A DNA stretch of 43,607 nt, taken from IMG/VR virus record IMGVR_UViG_3300035156_000199; one strand, given 5' to 3'. The stretch comes from a virus. The notes beneath the pieces were generated by a model. That model was not told the DNA's origin. It worked only from the letters and a program-made list of their open reading frames with translations, and ran no database searches. Below, in pieces: positions 1 to 8,391 of the stretch (the stretch's first letter is position 1; each line of letters opens with the position of its first letter). The translations under genes were made by a program, and so were the position numbers.

Positions 1-127
1 CTGAAGAGTGACCGCCTGTGACAGGGGCCCCCGGGTCTCCGACCACGACCTGGCGCCACGGACAGGAGCGCCGTCGACGATGCCGAGGACCATCTGTACG
101 ACGACGTCGCTGACGTTCTCCATGGAC
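1..127. repeat. Terminal overlap copy 1 (identical to 43481-43607)
   Basis: Base-by-base reading shows both copies run ctgaagagtgaccgcctgtgacagg...gacgttctccatggac. Confidence 0.97.
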
Positions 128-285
128 AGCGTCTGCTCAGCGATGCGGTCGTCGACGTCGGGCCAGCGGTCGCGTACCCGGCGGCTGGCGAAGCTGAGGT
201 AGTACTCCGCGCGGGCCTTCTCCTCCGTGGACAGGGAGCGCCATGCCTGCTCGACGTCAGTGACTGCAGCGAGCGAGGCAGGCAT
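1..285 (-). CDS. Head-tail connector (gp6-like), N-terminal part; the ORF continues across the circular junction into 43480-43337 (142 aa in total)
   Basis: ATG at 285 has AGGAAGG about 8 nt upstream. It reads MPASLAAVTDVEQAWRSLSTEEKARAEYYLSFASRRVRDRWPDVDDRIAEQTLSMENVSD... with no stop before nt 1. It sits between the capsid module and the adaptor genes. Confidence 0.55.
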   Translation of the reverse strand, partial: MPASLAAVTDVEQAWRSLSTEEKARAEYYLSFASRRVRDRWPDVDDRIAEQTLSMENVSDVVVQMVLGIVDGAPVRGARSWSETRGPLSQAVTLQ

Positions 286-304
286 GGCGTTTCCCTTCCT
301 GGTC

Positions 305-589
305 CTACGAGCCGCCAGCAGCAGATTTGGCATCTGCGGCCTGCTTCACGCGTTCTGCCTCTGCGGCTGCCGCGTCAGCGATGGCCTTCTCCGCGGCTTC
401 CGCAGCTGCCTTCTGCTCGGCAGCGGTGAGGACCTTGACCTGTTCGACCAGGCCGAGGCCGACGAGGCGCTTCCGCTCGGCCGCGCCCACACCGGCCGGG
501 AGGACGGCGCCCTTCCGAAGGTAGGTCTCGCCGGAATCGGTCTTGGCCACGATGAGGGTGGCAGCGACCCTGTGGCTTGCGGTAGCCAT
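305..589 (-). CDS. Hypothetical capsid-module protein (94 aa, Ala/Lys-rich helical C-terminus)
   Basis: The start ATG shares one nt with the major capsid stop (TGATG). It reads MATASHRVAATLIVAKTDSGETYLRKG...AEAERVKQAADAKSAAGGS. The upstream part of track ORF 305..934 overlaps the capsid gene out of frame. Confidence 0.55.
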   Translation of the reverse strand: MATASHRVAATLIVAKTDSGETYLRKGAVLPAGVGAAERKRLVGLGLVEQVKVLTAAEQKAAAEAAEKAIADAAAAEAERVKQAADAKSAAGGS

Positions 590-1527
590 CAGAGCCCCGT
601 TCCCGTGATGACGACGCCGGCGTTGCCCTCGAGCACGACGGGGACCGTCGTGCGGCGAGCGCGCAGCATGTAGGAGTCGTTGTCCTCGTTGCGGATCGAC
701 TTCGTCTCGACGCCGACGCCGCCGGTCTTGACGTAGCCGGGACCGCCGATCTCCTCGTCGGCCATACCGCCGAGCTGCTCGGTGTCGAGCAGCATCGGGT
801 TGGCGACCGGCGTGTGGTTGCTGGCCATCCAAGTCAGCCCGAGGGCATCGGGCCAGACACCGGAGTTCACGGGGTTCCCTGCCTCGCGGGGAAGGAGTCC
901 GTTGGCGTTGAGCCTGGCGACGGCCTTCGCCCATTGCGCGTCGTTGAGGACGATCACGTCGGGGGAGTAGCCCTCGTCGAGGGACGTGACCTGCGCCTTG
1001 GCGAGGAGCACGCCCTCAACGATGCGGTTGCCCGCGTCGTCGCCGGTCCAGGCGCCGGGGCCGCCGGCGGCCGTGACGTCGAACTGCCGGGTCACCTTGG
1101 AGGCGATGACGCCGAGGGCGGCGCCGTCGACGAAGCGGACCGACTGGTTGACGAGCTTCGTGAACGCGCGATCGACCGGGTTGATGCCCAGCCGTGAGAT
1201 CGCTTCGTCGAAGACCGGGGAGTCCTGGCCCCACTTGCTGGTGCGCGCGGTCTGGAGCTCACCGGCGCTCATCTTCGTCTGCGGGTAGCCGGCGCCCGGG
1301 GTGACGGCCTCGGGGTCGTCCTCGGTGAAGATCGGTTCACCCGTCTCGTAGAGGATGGCGCCGCCGACCGCGAGGAAGCGGCCCTTGAGGAGTCGATCGG
1401 CGATGTAGCGCTGGTCGAGGAGGGTGCGCAGACGCCGCGCGATGAGCGTCGGCGACTTGAGCATCGTGTGGATCTCGATGGTGCTCGGGCCCGTGACCTG
1501 CACGGGCGGTACTGGGTAGGTGTACAC
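589..1527 (-). CDS. Major capsid protein (HK97-fold type)
   Basis: 312 aa, with a GTG start preceded by AGGAGG. It directly follows the protease/scaffold and decoration genes. Length and sequence character are typical of actinophage major capsid proteins. Confidence 0.85.
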   Translation of the reverse strand: MYTYPVPPVQVTGPSTIEIHTMLKSPTLIARRLRTLLDQRYIADRLLKGRFLAVGGAILYETGEPIFTEDDPEAVTPGAGYPQTKMSAGELQTARTSKWGQDSPVFDEAISRLGINPVDRAFTKLVNQSVRFVDGAALGVIASKVTRQFDVTAAGGPGAWTGDDAGNRIVEGVLLAKAQVTSLDEGYSPDVIVLNDAQWAKAVARLNANGLLPREAGNPVNSGVWPDALGLTWMASNHTPVANPMLLDTEQLGGMADEEIGGPGYVKTGGVGVETKSIRNEDNDSYMLRARRTTVPVVLEGNAGVVITGTGL

Positions 1528-1535
1528 GCGGCCTC

Positions 1536-1895
1536 CTAGCGGCTCAGGGCGATGTCGGAGCGCGCGTTGGTCACGCCGACGAATGCGGGGCCGACGGCGA
1601 GGGAAGCATCGCCTGCCCCGAGAGGCGCGACCTTCCCCTCCGCGGCCGGGATGACGAGGTCTCCGGCAGCAACAGTGCCGACCACCTCGAGGGACTGGAC
1701 GCCGCCCGGGTACACGGTGACGTCTTCGCCGGCCTTCGCGTCGAACGCGATGACGCCGAACCAGGCACGGCTGCCCGCGCCGGCGTGGGAGATCAGTCGG
1801 TCGCCGGTGATCGCGCCGAGGCGCCCGCCCACGACGTCGGTCTCAGCGGCGAACGTGACGCCGGCGCCCGGGTTGAACTTCCGGATGTGCTCCAT
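1536..1895 (-). CDS. DUF2190-like head decoration / capsid cement protein
   Basis: 119 aa from ATG 1895, with GAAGGGAG upstream. The Gly/Ala/Val-rich beta pattern (GVIAFDAKAGEDVTVYPGGVQSLEVVGTVAAGDLVIPAAEGKV) and its position between protease and capsid support the call. Confidence 0.6.
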   Translation of the reverse strand: MEHIRKFNPGAGVTFAAETDVVGGRLGAITGDRLISHAGAGSRAWFGVIAFDAKAGEDVTVYPGGVQSLEVVGTVAAGDLVIPAAEGKVAPLGAGDASLAVGPAFVGVTNARSDIALSR

Positions 1896-1897
1896 GG

Positions 1898-2380
1898 TCA
1901 GGCTCCCTTCTCGGTTGTGGCCGCGGGCGAGGCCCACACCTTGGAGTAGAGCGAATCCTCGTCGGAGGACTCGTTGATGCCGCCGGCGTAGCCCTTGGCT
2001 TCCAGCGGCACGAGGCCCTTGGCGAGGTTGCCAAGTGTCTCGGACATGCCTGGGTCGGCCTCGAGGACGGCCACCCAGTGGTCGCGGCGAGCCGGGGCGA
2101 TCCGGCCGTCGTTCACGGCTGCGTCGACGAGGTTCTCCCTGTCGGAGCGCAGCTGCTCGTTGCGGGCCTCACGGCCCTGGGCGGCGTCGTTGCGCAGCTG
2201 CGCGTACTGGGCCTCATCGAGGACGACGGTGCCCGGTGCGGTGGCCGCGGGTGGGACGGTGGTGGGTTCGTGCTCTGCGAGCGCCTCGTCGACGGCGGCG
2301 AGCAAGCCGTCGTCGTCGAGCGTTGCGGTGGCTGGGATGCCGAGCCGCTCACGGAGCCCCTTGGTCAGTTCGTCCGACAT
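1898..2380 (-). CDS. Possible nested in-frame scaffolding protein (160 aa) initiated inside the protease gene
   Basis: An in-frame internal ATG at 2380 (MSDELTKGLRERLG...) is preceded by GAGAGAAAGGAA about 8 nt upstream. This is analogous to lambda C/Nu3 nesting. Confidence 0.4.
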   Translation of the reverse strand: MSDELTKGLRERLGIPATATLDDDGLLAAVDEALAEHEPTTVPPAATAPGTVVLDEAQYAQLRNDAAQGREARNEQLRSDRENLVDAAVNDGRIAPARRDHWVAVLEADPGMSETLGNLAKGLVPLEAKGYAGGINESSDEDSLYSKVWASPAATTEKGA

Positions 2381-3205
2381 GGTGTCGGTTCCTTTCTCTC
2401 GGGGGTTGGTGCGTTCCGCCGGCTCGGCCGGAGGCTTGGTGGTGGCCTTGTCGACCAGGTGGGTGAGCATCGGCAGGGCGTGACCCTGGGCGAGGCTCAG
2501 TCGGTCCTTGCGGACGTGGTTGGTGGGAACGAGGGGCCGGGGCGCGTCGCGGCGTCCGGCGTGGGCGAAGATCGACAGGTCGAATCGCGCGGTGGCGTCT
2601 TCCTGCTCCTCGGCGGAGTCTCCGCCCTTGCTGGTCTGAACGCGGTCGGCGAGACCCGCGGCGACGGCTTCGTCCGCCGTGTACCAGGTCTCCGAGTGCA
2701 TCGCGGCTCGCCACTCGTCGGCAGTGCCTCCGGCCCTCTCGGCGTAGACGTTCGCGATGGTCTGGGAGAGCTGGTCCAGGATGTCGGCGGTCTCGCGCAT
2801 GTCGCCGGCGTTGCCCCAGCAAATCCCGGACGCATCGTGGATCATCATCTCGGAGCCGAAGCCCATGACGACCTCGTCGGCGGCCTGGATGATGAATGAC
2901 GCCGCGGACGCCGCGAGTCCGTCGACCGTGGCCACGACGTGCGCCTTGTGCCTGCGGATCGCGTTCATGATGGCCGTGCCGTCGAAGACCGAGCCGCCGG
3001 GGGAGTTGACGTAGAGGTTGATGGTCTCGACGTCGAGCGCTGCGAGCTCCTTCACGAACTCGGAGGCGTTCACGCCCCACCAGCTGTCGATTACGTCGTA
3101 GATGTAGACATCAGCAGTGGACCCGGACTTGGCCTCCATCCGGTACCACTGGGGGCCAGCGGCCGACTTCGGCAGCGGTCCTGCTGTGCTGCGGTTGCGG
3201 GTCAT
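1898..3205 (-). CDS. ClpP-like (S14) prohead maturation protease fused to a C-terminal scaffolding domain
   Basis: Motifs are NSPGGSVFDG, GLAASAASFIIQAAD (Ser) and MIHDASG (His), followed by a helical acidic C-terminal half. ATG 3205 overlaps the portal stop (ATGA); a GTG at 3217 is an alternative start. Confidence 0.85.
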   Translation of the reverse strand: MTRNRSTAGPLPKSAAGPQWYRMEAKSGSTADVYIYDVIDSWWGVNASEFVKELAALDVETINLYVNSPGGSVFDGTAIMNAIRRHKAHVVATVDGLAASAASFIIQAADEVVMGFGSEMMIHDASGICWGNAGDMRETADILDQLSQTIANVYAERAGGTADEWRAAMHSETWYTADEAVAAGLADRVQTSKGGDSAEEQEDATARFDLSIFAHAGRRDAPRPLVPTNHVRKDRLSLAQGHALPMLTHLVDKATTKPPAEPAERTNPREKGTDTMSDELTKGLRERLGIPATATLDDDGLLAAVDEALAEHEPTTVPPAATAPGTVVLDEAQYAQLRNDAAQGREARNEQLRSDRENLVDAAVNDGRIAPARRDHWVAVLEADPGMSETLGNLAKGLVPLEAKGYAGGINESSDEDSLYSKVWASPAATTEKGA

Positions 3206-4557
3206 GATCCTGGCCACCGTTCTGTGGTCTGCCGCGGCTCGGATGGCTGCGGTCGGGGCGGGTTGTGGGAGGGCCTTTGCTGGTCGCCGGACTGGCTGCT
3301 CGTGGAGGGCGGTTCGCGCTCGGTCGTCGGGTCCCGGTCGGGCAGGCTGTACTGGTTGCGCAGGTACGCCTCGAGCGGATCGTCGAGCCGTAGCGCTCCG
3401 ACCCTGACCAGACGCTCAATCGCATCCGCGGTCGCCGGGTGACGCGATCCGATCTCGTCGAACACGAGTTTCGGGGCCGGCTCGTTCGGCCCGTAGTTCA
3501 GATCGACGAGATCCTCGATGACGTGCTGGTTGACGACGTCGGCGATCTGCATCGCAATCGTCTGCAGGGAGAGCGTGAAGAAGTCCGCGAACGTCGAGCC
3601 GAGCGCCCAGGACCCTGTCTCGGTGCCGAGGTTCAGGAAGTGCGCGAGGACCGCGCGGGCAATCTGCTCGTCGTAGTAGCGGATCGGCTTCTCCGCGTCT
3701 GGCAGGTCGCCGTCCACGCCGGCCAAGGTGAGCTTTGCCTTCGCAGGAATCGACGCCCCAGAGTTATCCCCGGAACGGAGGCCCTGAGCGATCTTCAGAC
3801 CCTCGTCGACTTCCTTTTGCTGCCGCGCTTCGATGTCCGCCGCCTGCACGCCATCGGGTACCTCTGACGCCGTGTAGATCGGCACGCCCATGCCGTTCCG
3901 GTCGAGGGTCTGCGCCTGAACGCGGAGCCCCCGGTCCTTGAGCAGCCAGTACTTGTACGCCGGCCGGATGACGGACTGACCGAGCCAGTTCCCGCCCTCG
4001 CGCTCGTTCACGTACGCGACCAGGCGGGCTACCTCGATGCGCGGGTCACTCGAGCCCGGCTTCGACGCGTGCTGCTCGATGGCCACCAGCCCGCCGTCAG
4101 CGGCGACGTCGACCTTCGATATGGTCCGCGGCGGCCGCCACTCCAGCTTCCTTAGGTGAGCCTTGCCTTCCCGAATTTCGTAGACCTGCTCGAAGAACGA
4201 GTGCCCGAAGGGCAGCATCAGCAGCGCGTGCCGCAGGTGCTCGGCCCAGGAAAAGCGATTCTGCGAGCGCAGGACCTGACGGGCGGGCTGCCCGACGATG
4301 TTCAGCCCGAGGTCGTCTGCGACGTCCTGCACGACCTGCTCACGGGCGCCGCTCGGATCGATCCTCCACACCGTGCGCCGGACAGGGAGGGTGATGGCGC
4401 GGAGCACAGAGGTGACCTGTGCTTCCTGGCGCCGCATGCTGTCGAACACCGCGATGTTCTTCGGCCAGACGAGCTCGGGGGTCTCCTCCTCGTCGGGGGC
4501 CGCCCACCACGGGGAGACGTTGGTCGCGTAACCCTTCGCTGCTACCGGAACGGCCAC
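3202..4557 (-). CDS. Portal protein
   Basis: 451 aa, lying between TerL and the protease. The GTG start is preceded by GAGGAGG. Size and position are canonical for a portal. Confidence 0.8.
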   Translation of the reverse strand: MAVPVAAKGYATNVSPWWAAPDEEETPELVWPKNIAVFDSMRRQEAQVTSVLRAITLPVRRTVWRIDPSGAREQVVQDVADDLGLNIVGQPARQVLRSQNRFSWAEHLRHALLMLPFGHSFFEQVYEIREGKAHLRKLEWRPPRTISKVDVAADGGLVAIEQHASKPGSSDPRIEVARLVAYVNEREGGNWLGQSVIRPAYKYWLLKDRGLRVQAQTLDRNGMGVPIYTASEVPDGVQAADIEARQQKEVDEGLKIAQGLRSGDNSGASIPAKAKLTLAGVDGDLPDAEKPIRYYDEQIARAVLAHFLNLGTETGSWALGSTFADFFTLSLQTIAMQIADVVNQHVIEDLVDLNYGPNEPAPKLVFDEIGSRHPATADAIERLVRVGALRLDDPLEAYLRNQYSLPDRDPTTEREPPSTSSQSGDQQRPSHNPPRPQPSEPRQTTERWPGS

Positions 4558-4572
4558 GCGGACCTCCTCTCA

Positions 4573-6288
4573 TCAGAAACCCATCGTGGCGACGTCGTCA
4601 GACGAGGCCACGGAGGCTGTACGGACCGCAGCGGGAGGCGGCGGTGGGGGTGGTGGGGCGATCTCGCGCTCACTGAGGAGCCAGTACGCGGCGGTGAAAG
4701 CCATGAGCGGCGCGACGTCGGCAGGGGAAGCCCGGTCGTCGGGGATGGACGCGCCGCCGCTGAAGATTTTCACCACCGCGGTGGCGGCGGCGACGTCGAG
4801 GATCGGCTGCGGGTTGTGGCGGACCTTGTTGTCGCGGACGTCGTCGTAGACCTTCGCCCAACCGGCGGTGAGGTCCCCGCCGGACCACTTCACGACCGGG
4901 ATCGTGAAGGTGTCGTCCTCGTCGAGGTCCTTCATGAGAGGAGACACCGGCGAGCCGTTCGTCTGACCGGTCACCGCTGTGATTCGGTCACGGCGCTTTT
5001 CGTTCATCAGCCAGTCACGGACCCAGTCCGAGCCGAGGCGCTCGGCCACGACCTCGACCTGGGCTACGCCGTCGGCGCGGTGCCCGGCGAAGGCCACATA
5101 GACGCGCTTCCGGTCGATCGACTGGTGAATCCCTGCTTTCACGGGGCCGACAATTCGGTCCTCCTGTCGGACGACCTGGCGACCGTCAGGCCCCGTCTCC
5201 GGGGTGTTCCTGCTCTTCTCCCACGAGCCGGGCGGGAACGGGCCGTCTAGGGTTCCTTCGGACCACTGGCAGAGGTCCTCAGTGCGGAAGATCGGTTCGG
5301 GGTCGATCTCGCAGTCCGACGCGAGGATCGACTGCGTGTGGTTTGGGTTCCACCCGAGTGACGGGTTCGCCTGCGCCCACGCCTGACGGTCCCACTTGCT
5401 GCACCCGGGAGGCGCCGACCACTCGAACAGGGCCAGGGTGTCCGGGTCCTGCTCGTACTCCTCGAGGTCCTCCTCGTCGAACTCCTCGCCGTCCTCCTCG
5501 GCGACGTCTTGCAGCTCGGCTACGGTAGGGCCTTCGGTCAGGAGGTCCTTGTTGATGCCGTCCGGGTCGCCGATCGCGGCGTGCGCCATCTTCCGCAGGT
5601 ACCGGAGCACCACGGACGTCAGGTCGCCGGCGTTCGATAGCGCGAGGACCATCGCCTCCGAGCCCTGGGCGTTGGTCGTCTTCGTGATCGCCGCCCAGGC
5701 TTCCCAGCTCTGATGCTCACGCAGCTCGTCGAGCATGATCAGGTTGCCACTGAAGCCGCGCCCCGCCCGGCGGTTCGCGGCCTTTACCTTGTACCGCTTG
5801 CCCGACTTGAGGACCAATGACTTCTGGCCGTTGACTCGGCGGACGCCCCGCAGCATCTTCCGGAGCTCGCGGTCCTCCTCTACGAGGCTGACCGCTCCCT
5901 CCCAGATCTCCTCCGCGGTCTCGAGGTCCTGAGCCGTACCGAGGACCAGGGGCCAGCCCCACACGATGATGAACCACAGCGCGAGGACCTTCGACAGAGT
6001 CGACTTGCCGTTCTGCCGGGCGACCAGCACGACCACTTTCCGGAAGCGGAAGTTCCCGTCGTCCCCCAGCTCGAGCATGTGGACGAGCAGCCACTTCTGC
6101 CAGGGGAACAGCCCGACGTGCAGGATGTTCTCCGCGAAGTCGATGACCATGTAGCCGAGCGTGTGCTGCTCGGTCTCCGGCGAGCGCGGCTCCAACGGTC
6201 GCAGCGGCGGCGTGTAGACGCGGGGAGTCTCGATGCCGTATAGCGGTGGGCGCTTGCGCTTGGGGCGGGCGCTAACCTCCGTTGCCAC
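4573..6288 (-). CDS. terL: Terminase large subunit
   Basis: 571 aa with a Walker A-like LVARQNGKSTL motif. It is long enough to hold ATPase plus nuclease domains and sits downstream of TerS. The C-terminal tail contains PPPPPPPP. Confidence 0.9.
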   Translation of the reverse strand: MATEVSARPKRKRPPLYGIETPRVYTPPLRPLEPRSPETEQHTLGYMVIDFAENILHVGLFPWQKWLLVHMLELGDDGNFRFRKVVVLVARQNGKSTLSKVLALWFIIVWGWPLVLGTAQDLETAEEIWEGAVSLVEEDRELRKMLRGVRRVNGQKSLVLKSGKRYKVKAANRRAGRGFSGNLIMLDELREHQSWEAWAAITKTTNAQGSEAMVLALSNAGDLTSVVLRYLRKMAHAAIGDPDGINKDLLTEGPTVAELQDVAEEDGEEFDEEDLEEYEQDPDTLALFEWSAPPGCSKWDRQAWAQANPSLGWNPNHTQSILASDCEIDPEPIFRTEDLCQWSEGTLDGPFPPGSWEKSRNTPETGPDGRQVVRQEDRIVGPVKAGIHQSIDRKRVYVAFAGHRADGVAQVEVVAERLGSDWVRDWLMNEKRRDRITAVTGQTNGSPVSPLMKDLDEDDTFTIPVVKWSGGDLTAGWAKVYDDVRDNKVRHNPQPILDVAAATAVVKIFSGGASIPDDRASPADVAPLMAFTAAYWLLSEREIAPPPPPPPPAAVRTASVASSDDVATMGF

Positions 6289-6955
6289 GTCGCGCCCGGG
6301 CGCTGGCCTGCATATCCGTCACGGATGCGATCGGACCAGGTGCACCGCTCGTTCCGGTGCCAGCGGTCTCGTCATCGTCCAGATCCTCCGCGTCCGCGGC
6401 CCGCGTGGCCGCTGGCAGGGATGCGGGCGTGATGTGCAGCTCGGCGCAGGCCTTGAGGTAGTTCGGGATCAGCGTGACGCCCGCCTTCTGCAGCGCGTCC
6501 ATGCTCTCGCGCTGCGCCTCGTCGATCAGCCAGGCCATGGTCTTCAGCACCGCGACCGGCCCGAGGTACTTCTTCAACGCCAGGTGAGGCGCTGCGGCGA
6601 TCGACGCGGCGGTCGCGTCCGCCATGTAACCGCGCTTCCTCGTGGGCTTCACGAGGGGCGCGAACCGATCTCCCCAGATGCGGACCTGGTCGGCTGTTTG
6701 ACGCTCGATGGCGAGCGCGGGATGGGGTACCACGCGGCCGCGGGCGTCCTTCACGACCATTCCCTCGGTAGCGACCCGCTCTCGGGCTCCTCGCAGGCGC
6801 GCGATCAGGGTGCAGTAGGCCTCGAGGCCGGAGCGGTCGACGCGGCCCGCGAGATCGTTGGCGGAAACGATTTCCCGCCAGACGATGGCGACGTCCTCGG
6901 GCATGCTGTCCGGGGGCTCGATCGCTGCCGCGTCCTTGTGCTCGTCGCGGGTCAA
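6272..6955 (-). CDS. terS: Terminase small subunit (P27-family-like)
   Basis: 227 aa. The pattern PPDSMPEDVAIVWREIV...LEAYCTLIARLRGARERVATEGMVVKDARGRVVPHPALAIERQTADQV matches the P27-type TerS layout. The TTG start overlaps the upstream stop (TTGA). Confidence 0.7.
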   Translation of the reverse strand: MTRDEHKDAAAIEPPDSMPEDVAIVWREIVSANDLAGRVDRSGLEAYCTLIARLRGARERVATEGMVVKDARGRVVPHPALAIERQTADQVRIWGDRFAPLVKPTRKRGYMADATAASIAAAPHLALKKYLGPVAVLKTMAWLIDEAQRESMDALQKAGVTLIPNYLKACAELHITPASLPAATRAADAEDLDDDETAGTGTSGAPGPIASVTDMQASARARRGNGG

Positions 6956-7350
6956 CTCAGGATCACCTCCCCGATCTGCATCGTGCCGCAGCGGATGTCT
7001 GCGATGGACAGGACGCCGGCCTCGATACCCTCGATGGGCTGTGCGTCGATCGGCGAGCCCGAGGAGTACTCCGGGCGAAGGCGAGCGACGAGGTCCGACA
7101 GCGCCCGGCGTGAGTGCCGCCAGTCGATGATCAGGACGATGTCCGCAACGCTCATCGCCGGATAGTCGGCCAGGACGTCTCGGACAGCGGGCTCGGCCGC
7201 CTCCGCGAGAGACGCGCGGTGGTATCGGTCACGAGCGCCAGAGGCAAGGGCTCGACGCACAGCGTTCCGCGAGGCGCGCTGCGAGCGGGCGATGCCCCTG
7301 ATCGATTCGCCCTCACCATGTAGCAGGCGAAGATGCGGCCGATCGTGCAC
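6952..7350 (-). CDS. HTH DNA-binding protein resembling the N-terminal region of IS21-family IstA transposases (no DDE domain)
   Basis: 132 aa, with a GTG start preceded by GGAGGTG. By eye, LRLLHGEGESIRGIARSQRASRNAVRRALASGARDRYHRAS...VRDVLADYPAMSVADIVLIIDW...LVARLRPEY matches the IstA HTH region. It is coupled to terS. Confidence 0.5.
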   Translation of the reverse strand: MHDRPHLRLLHGEGESIRGIARSQRASRNAVRRALASGARDRYHRASLAEAAEPAVRDVLADYPAMSVADIVLIIDWRHSRRALSDLVARLRPEYSSGSPIDAQPIEGIEAGVLSIADIRCGTMQIGEVILS

Positions 7351-7599
7351 CCTGTCACCTCCGCGTACGTTTGCCTCTGCCTGTATCAGCCGCAGGTCTG
7401 AGGCGGTGCCCGGTGTTGCGTCCGACGTGCGCCTCGAGCTGCCCTAGGACGAGTGATGCGGTGCGGGCGCTCTAGCTGGTCGAGACGGTTGAGGGGGTCC
7501 ATTTTCCGCGCCAACATGCGGAACTTGGAGGGTTTCGTGGGGGGAAACTCAGGGGAGAGAGGACGCTGCCGGCCCGGAGGGGCCGCCTAGCCGCCCGCG
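7351..7599. promoter_or_regulatory. Gene-free region between the HNH endonuclease and the packaging genes; probable cos/packaging-initiation region and late-operon control region
   Basis: This is the largest spacer on the minus-strand arm. It is locally less G+C-rich (attttccgcgccaacatgcggaactt, with the TTCCGC/GCGGAA inverted repeat). HNH-cos-TerS is the usual arrangement in HNH-dependent cos phages. Confidence 0.35.
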
Positions 7600-7950
7600 C
7601 TAATTTTTCTCAGCTGCCCCGACATGTCGATTCCGGATACGAGCACTCGTAACACCGTGAACCGGGGTTCGTGATTGGAATCGGCGGAAGTTGTTCTCGG
7701 AGTAGGTCACGAGCTCGAGGTGCTCGGGGCGAACGCATGCCCGATCGAGGCACAGGTGGTCGAGGCACAGCCCCTCGGGGATGGCCTCGTTGTGAAGCTC
7801 CCACATCGCGCGGTGAGCGGTGACGTTGCGACCGTGCCGTGCGATTTGTCCGTAGCCGCCCCATGTGAGGGTGCCAGTCCAGATCCAGCAACCCGTCTCG
7901 GGCTCGACTCGATAGCGGCTGGTGAGTCGGTCTTCGTAGGTGATCGGCAT
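7600..7950 (-). CDS. HNH endonuclease (terminase-associated type)
   Basis: 116 aa. CWIWTGTLTWGGYGQIARHGRNVTAHRAMWELHNEAIPEGLCLDHLCLDRACVRPEHLELVTYSEN matches the classic phage HNH_3 pattern. Confidence 0.85.
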   Translation of the reverse strand: MPITYEDRLTSRYRVEPETGCWIWTGTLTWGGYGQIARHGRNVTAHRAMWELHNEAIPEGLCLDHLCLDRACVRPEHLELVTYSENNFRRFQSRTPVHGVTSARIRNRHVGAAEKN

Positions 7951-7959
7951 GGGGCCTCC

Positions 7960-8391
7960 TCACCACTCTTCGGATGTCACGCCGAGGTTCGGCTCCTCGA
8001 TGCGCGACCATCCATCGAAGCTCGGTACGCCGTCGTTTCGGTCGAAGCGATTGAGCCATGTCTTCACTCCCGCGATGGTTTGCACCCTGTCGTCGCGGCC
8101 GCGCTGCTTGATCCGGTTGACCAGCTCCTGCCGGTCGGCCAGCATCACGAGCACATGGGTAGCGTTGACCAGGCTGCGGGTCCGAGCCCGAGCGGCTGAT
8201 GTTGCACCCGATCTTATGACGACGGCGCGCGCGTGCGGGTCGTCGGCCAGCCGCGCGATCGTTGTCGTGAAGTGCTGCTCACTGGCCCATTGCGGATCGT
8301 CGCGGTCGAAGACGGTGAGGCCCGACTGCCGGGCTGCTGTCGTCTTGCCCGCACCGGGTGGACCGCAGAGCACCACGACCAGGCGCGTCAC
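7960..8391 (-). CDS. P-loop NTPase / kinase-like protein (143 aa)
   Basis: The GTG start overlaps the upstream stop (GTGA). Walker A is VVLCGPPGAGKTT. The protein ends in LGVTSEEW. Confidence 0.7.
   Translation of the reverse strand: MTRLVVVLCGPPGAGKTTAARQSGLTVFDRDDPQWASEQHFTTTIARLADDPHARAVVIRSGATSAARARTRSLVNATHVLVMLADRQELVNRIKQRGRDDRVQTIAGVKTWLNRFDRNDGVPSFDGWSRIEEPNLGVTSEEW

Noticed and set aside
6952-7350. An IS21-family insertion sequence
   Set aside because: There is no DDE (rve) domain, no IstB ATPase gene and no terminal inverted repeats. The ORF is translationally coupled to terS, so it behaves as a resident phage gene.
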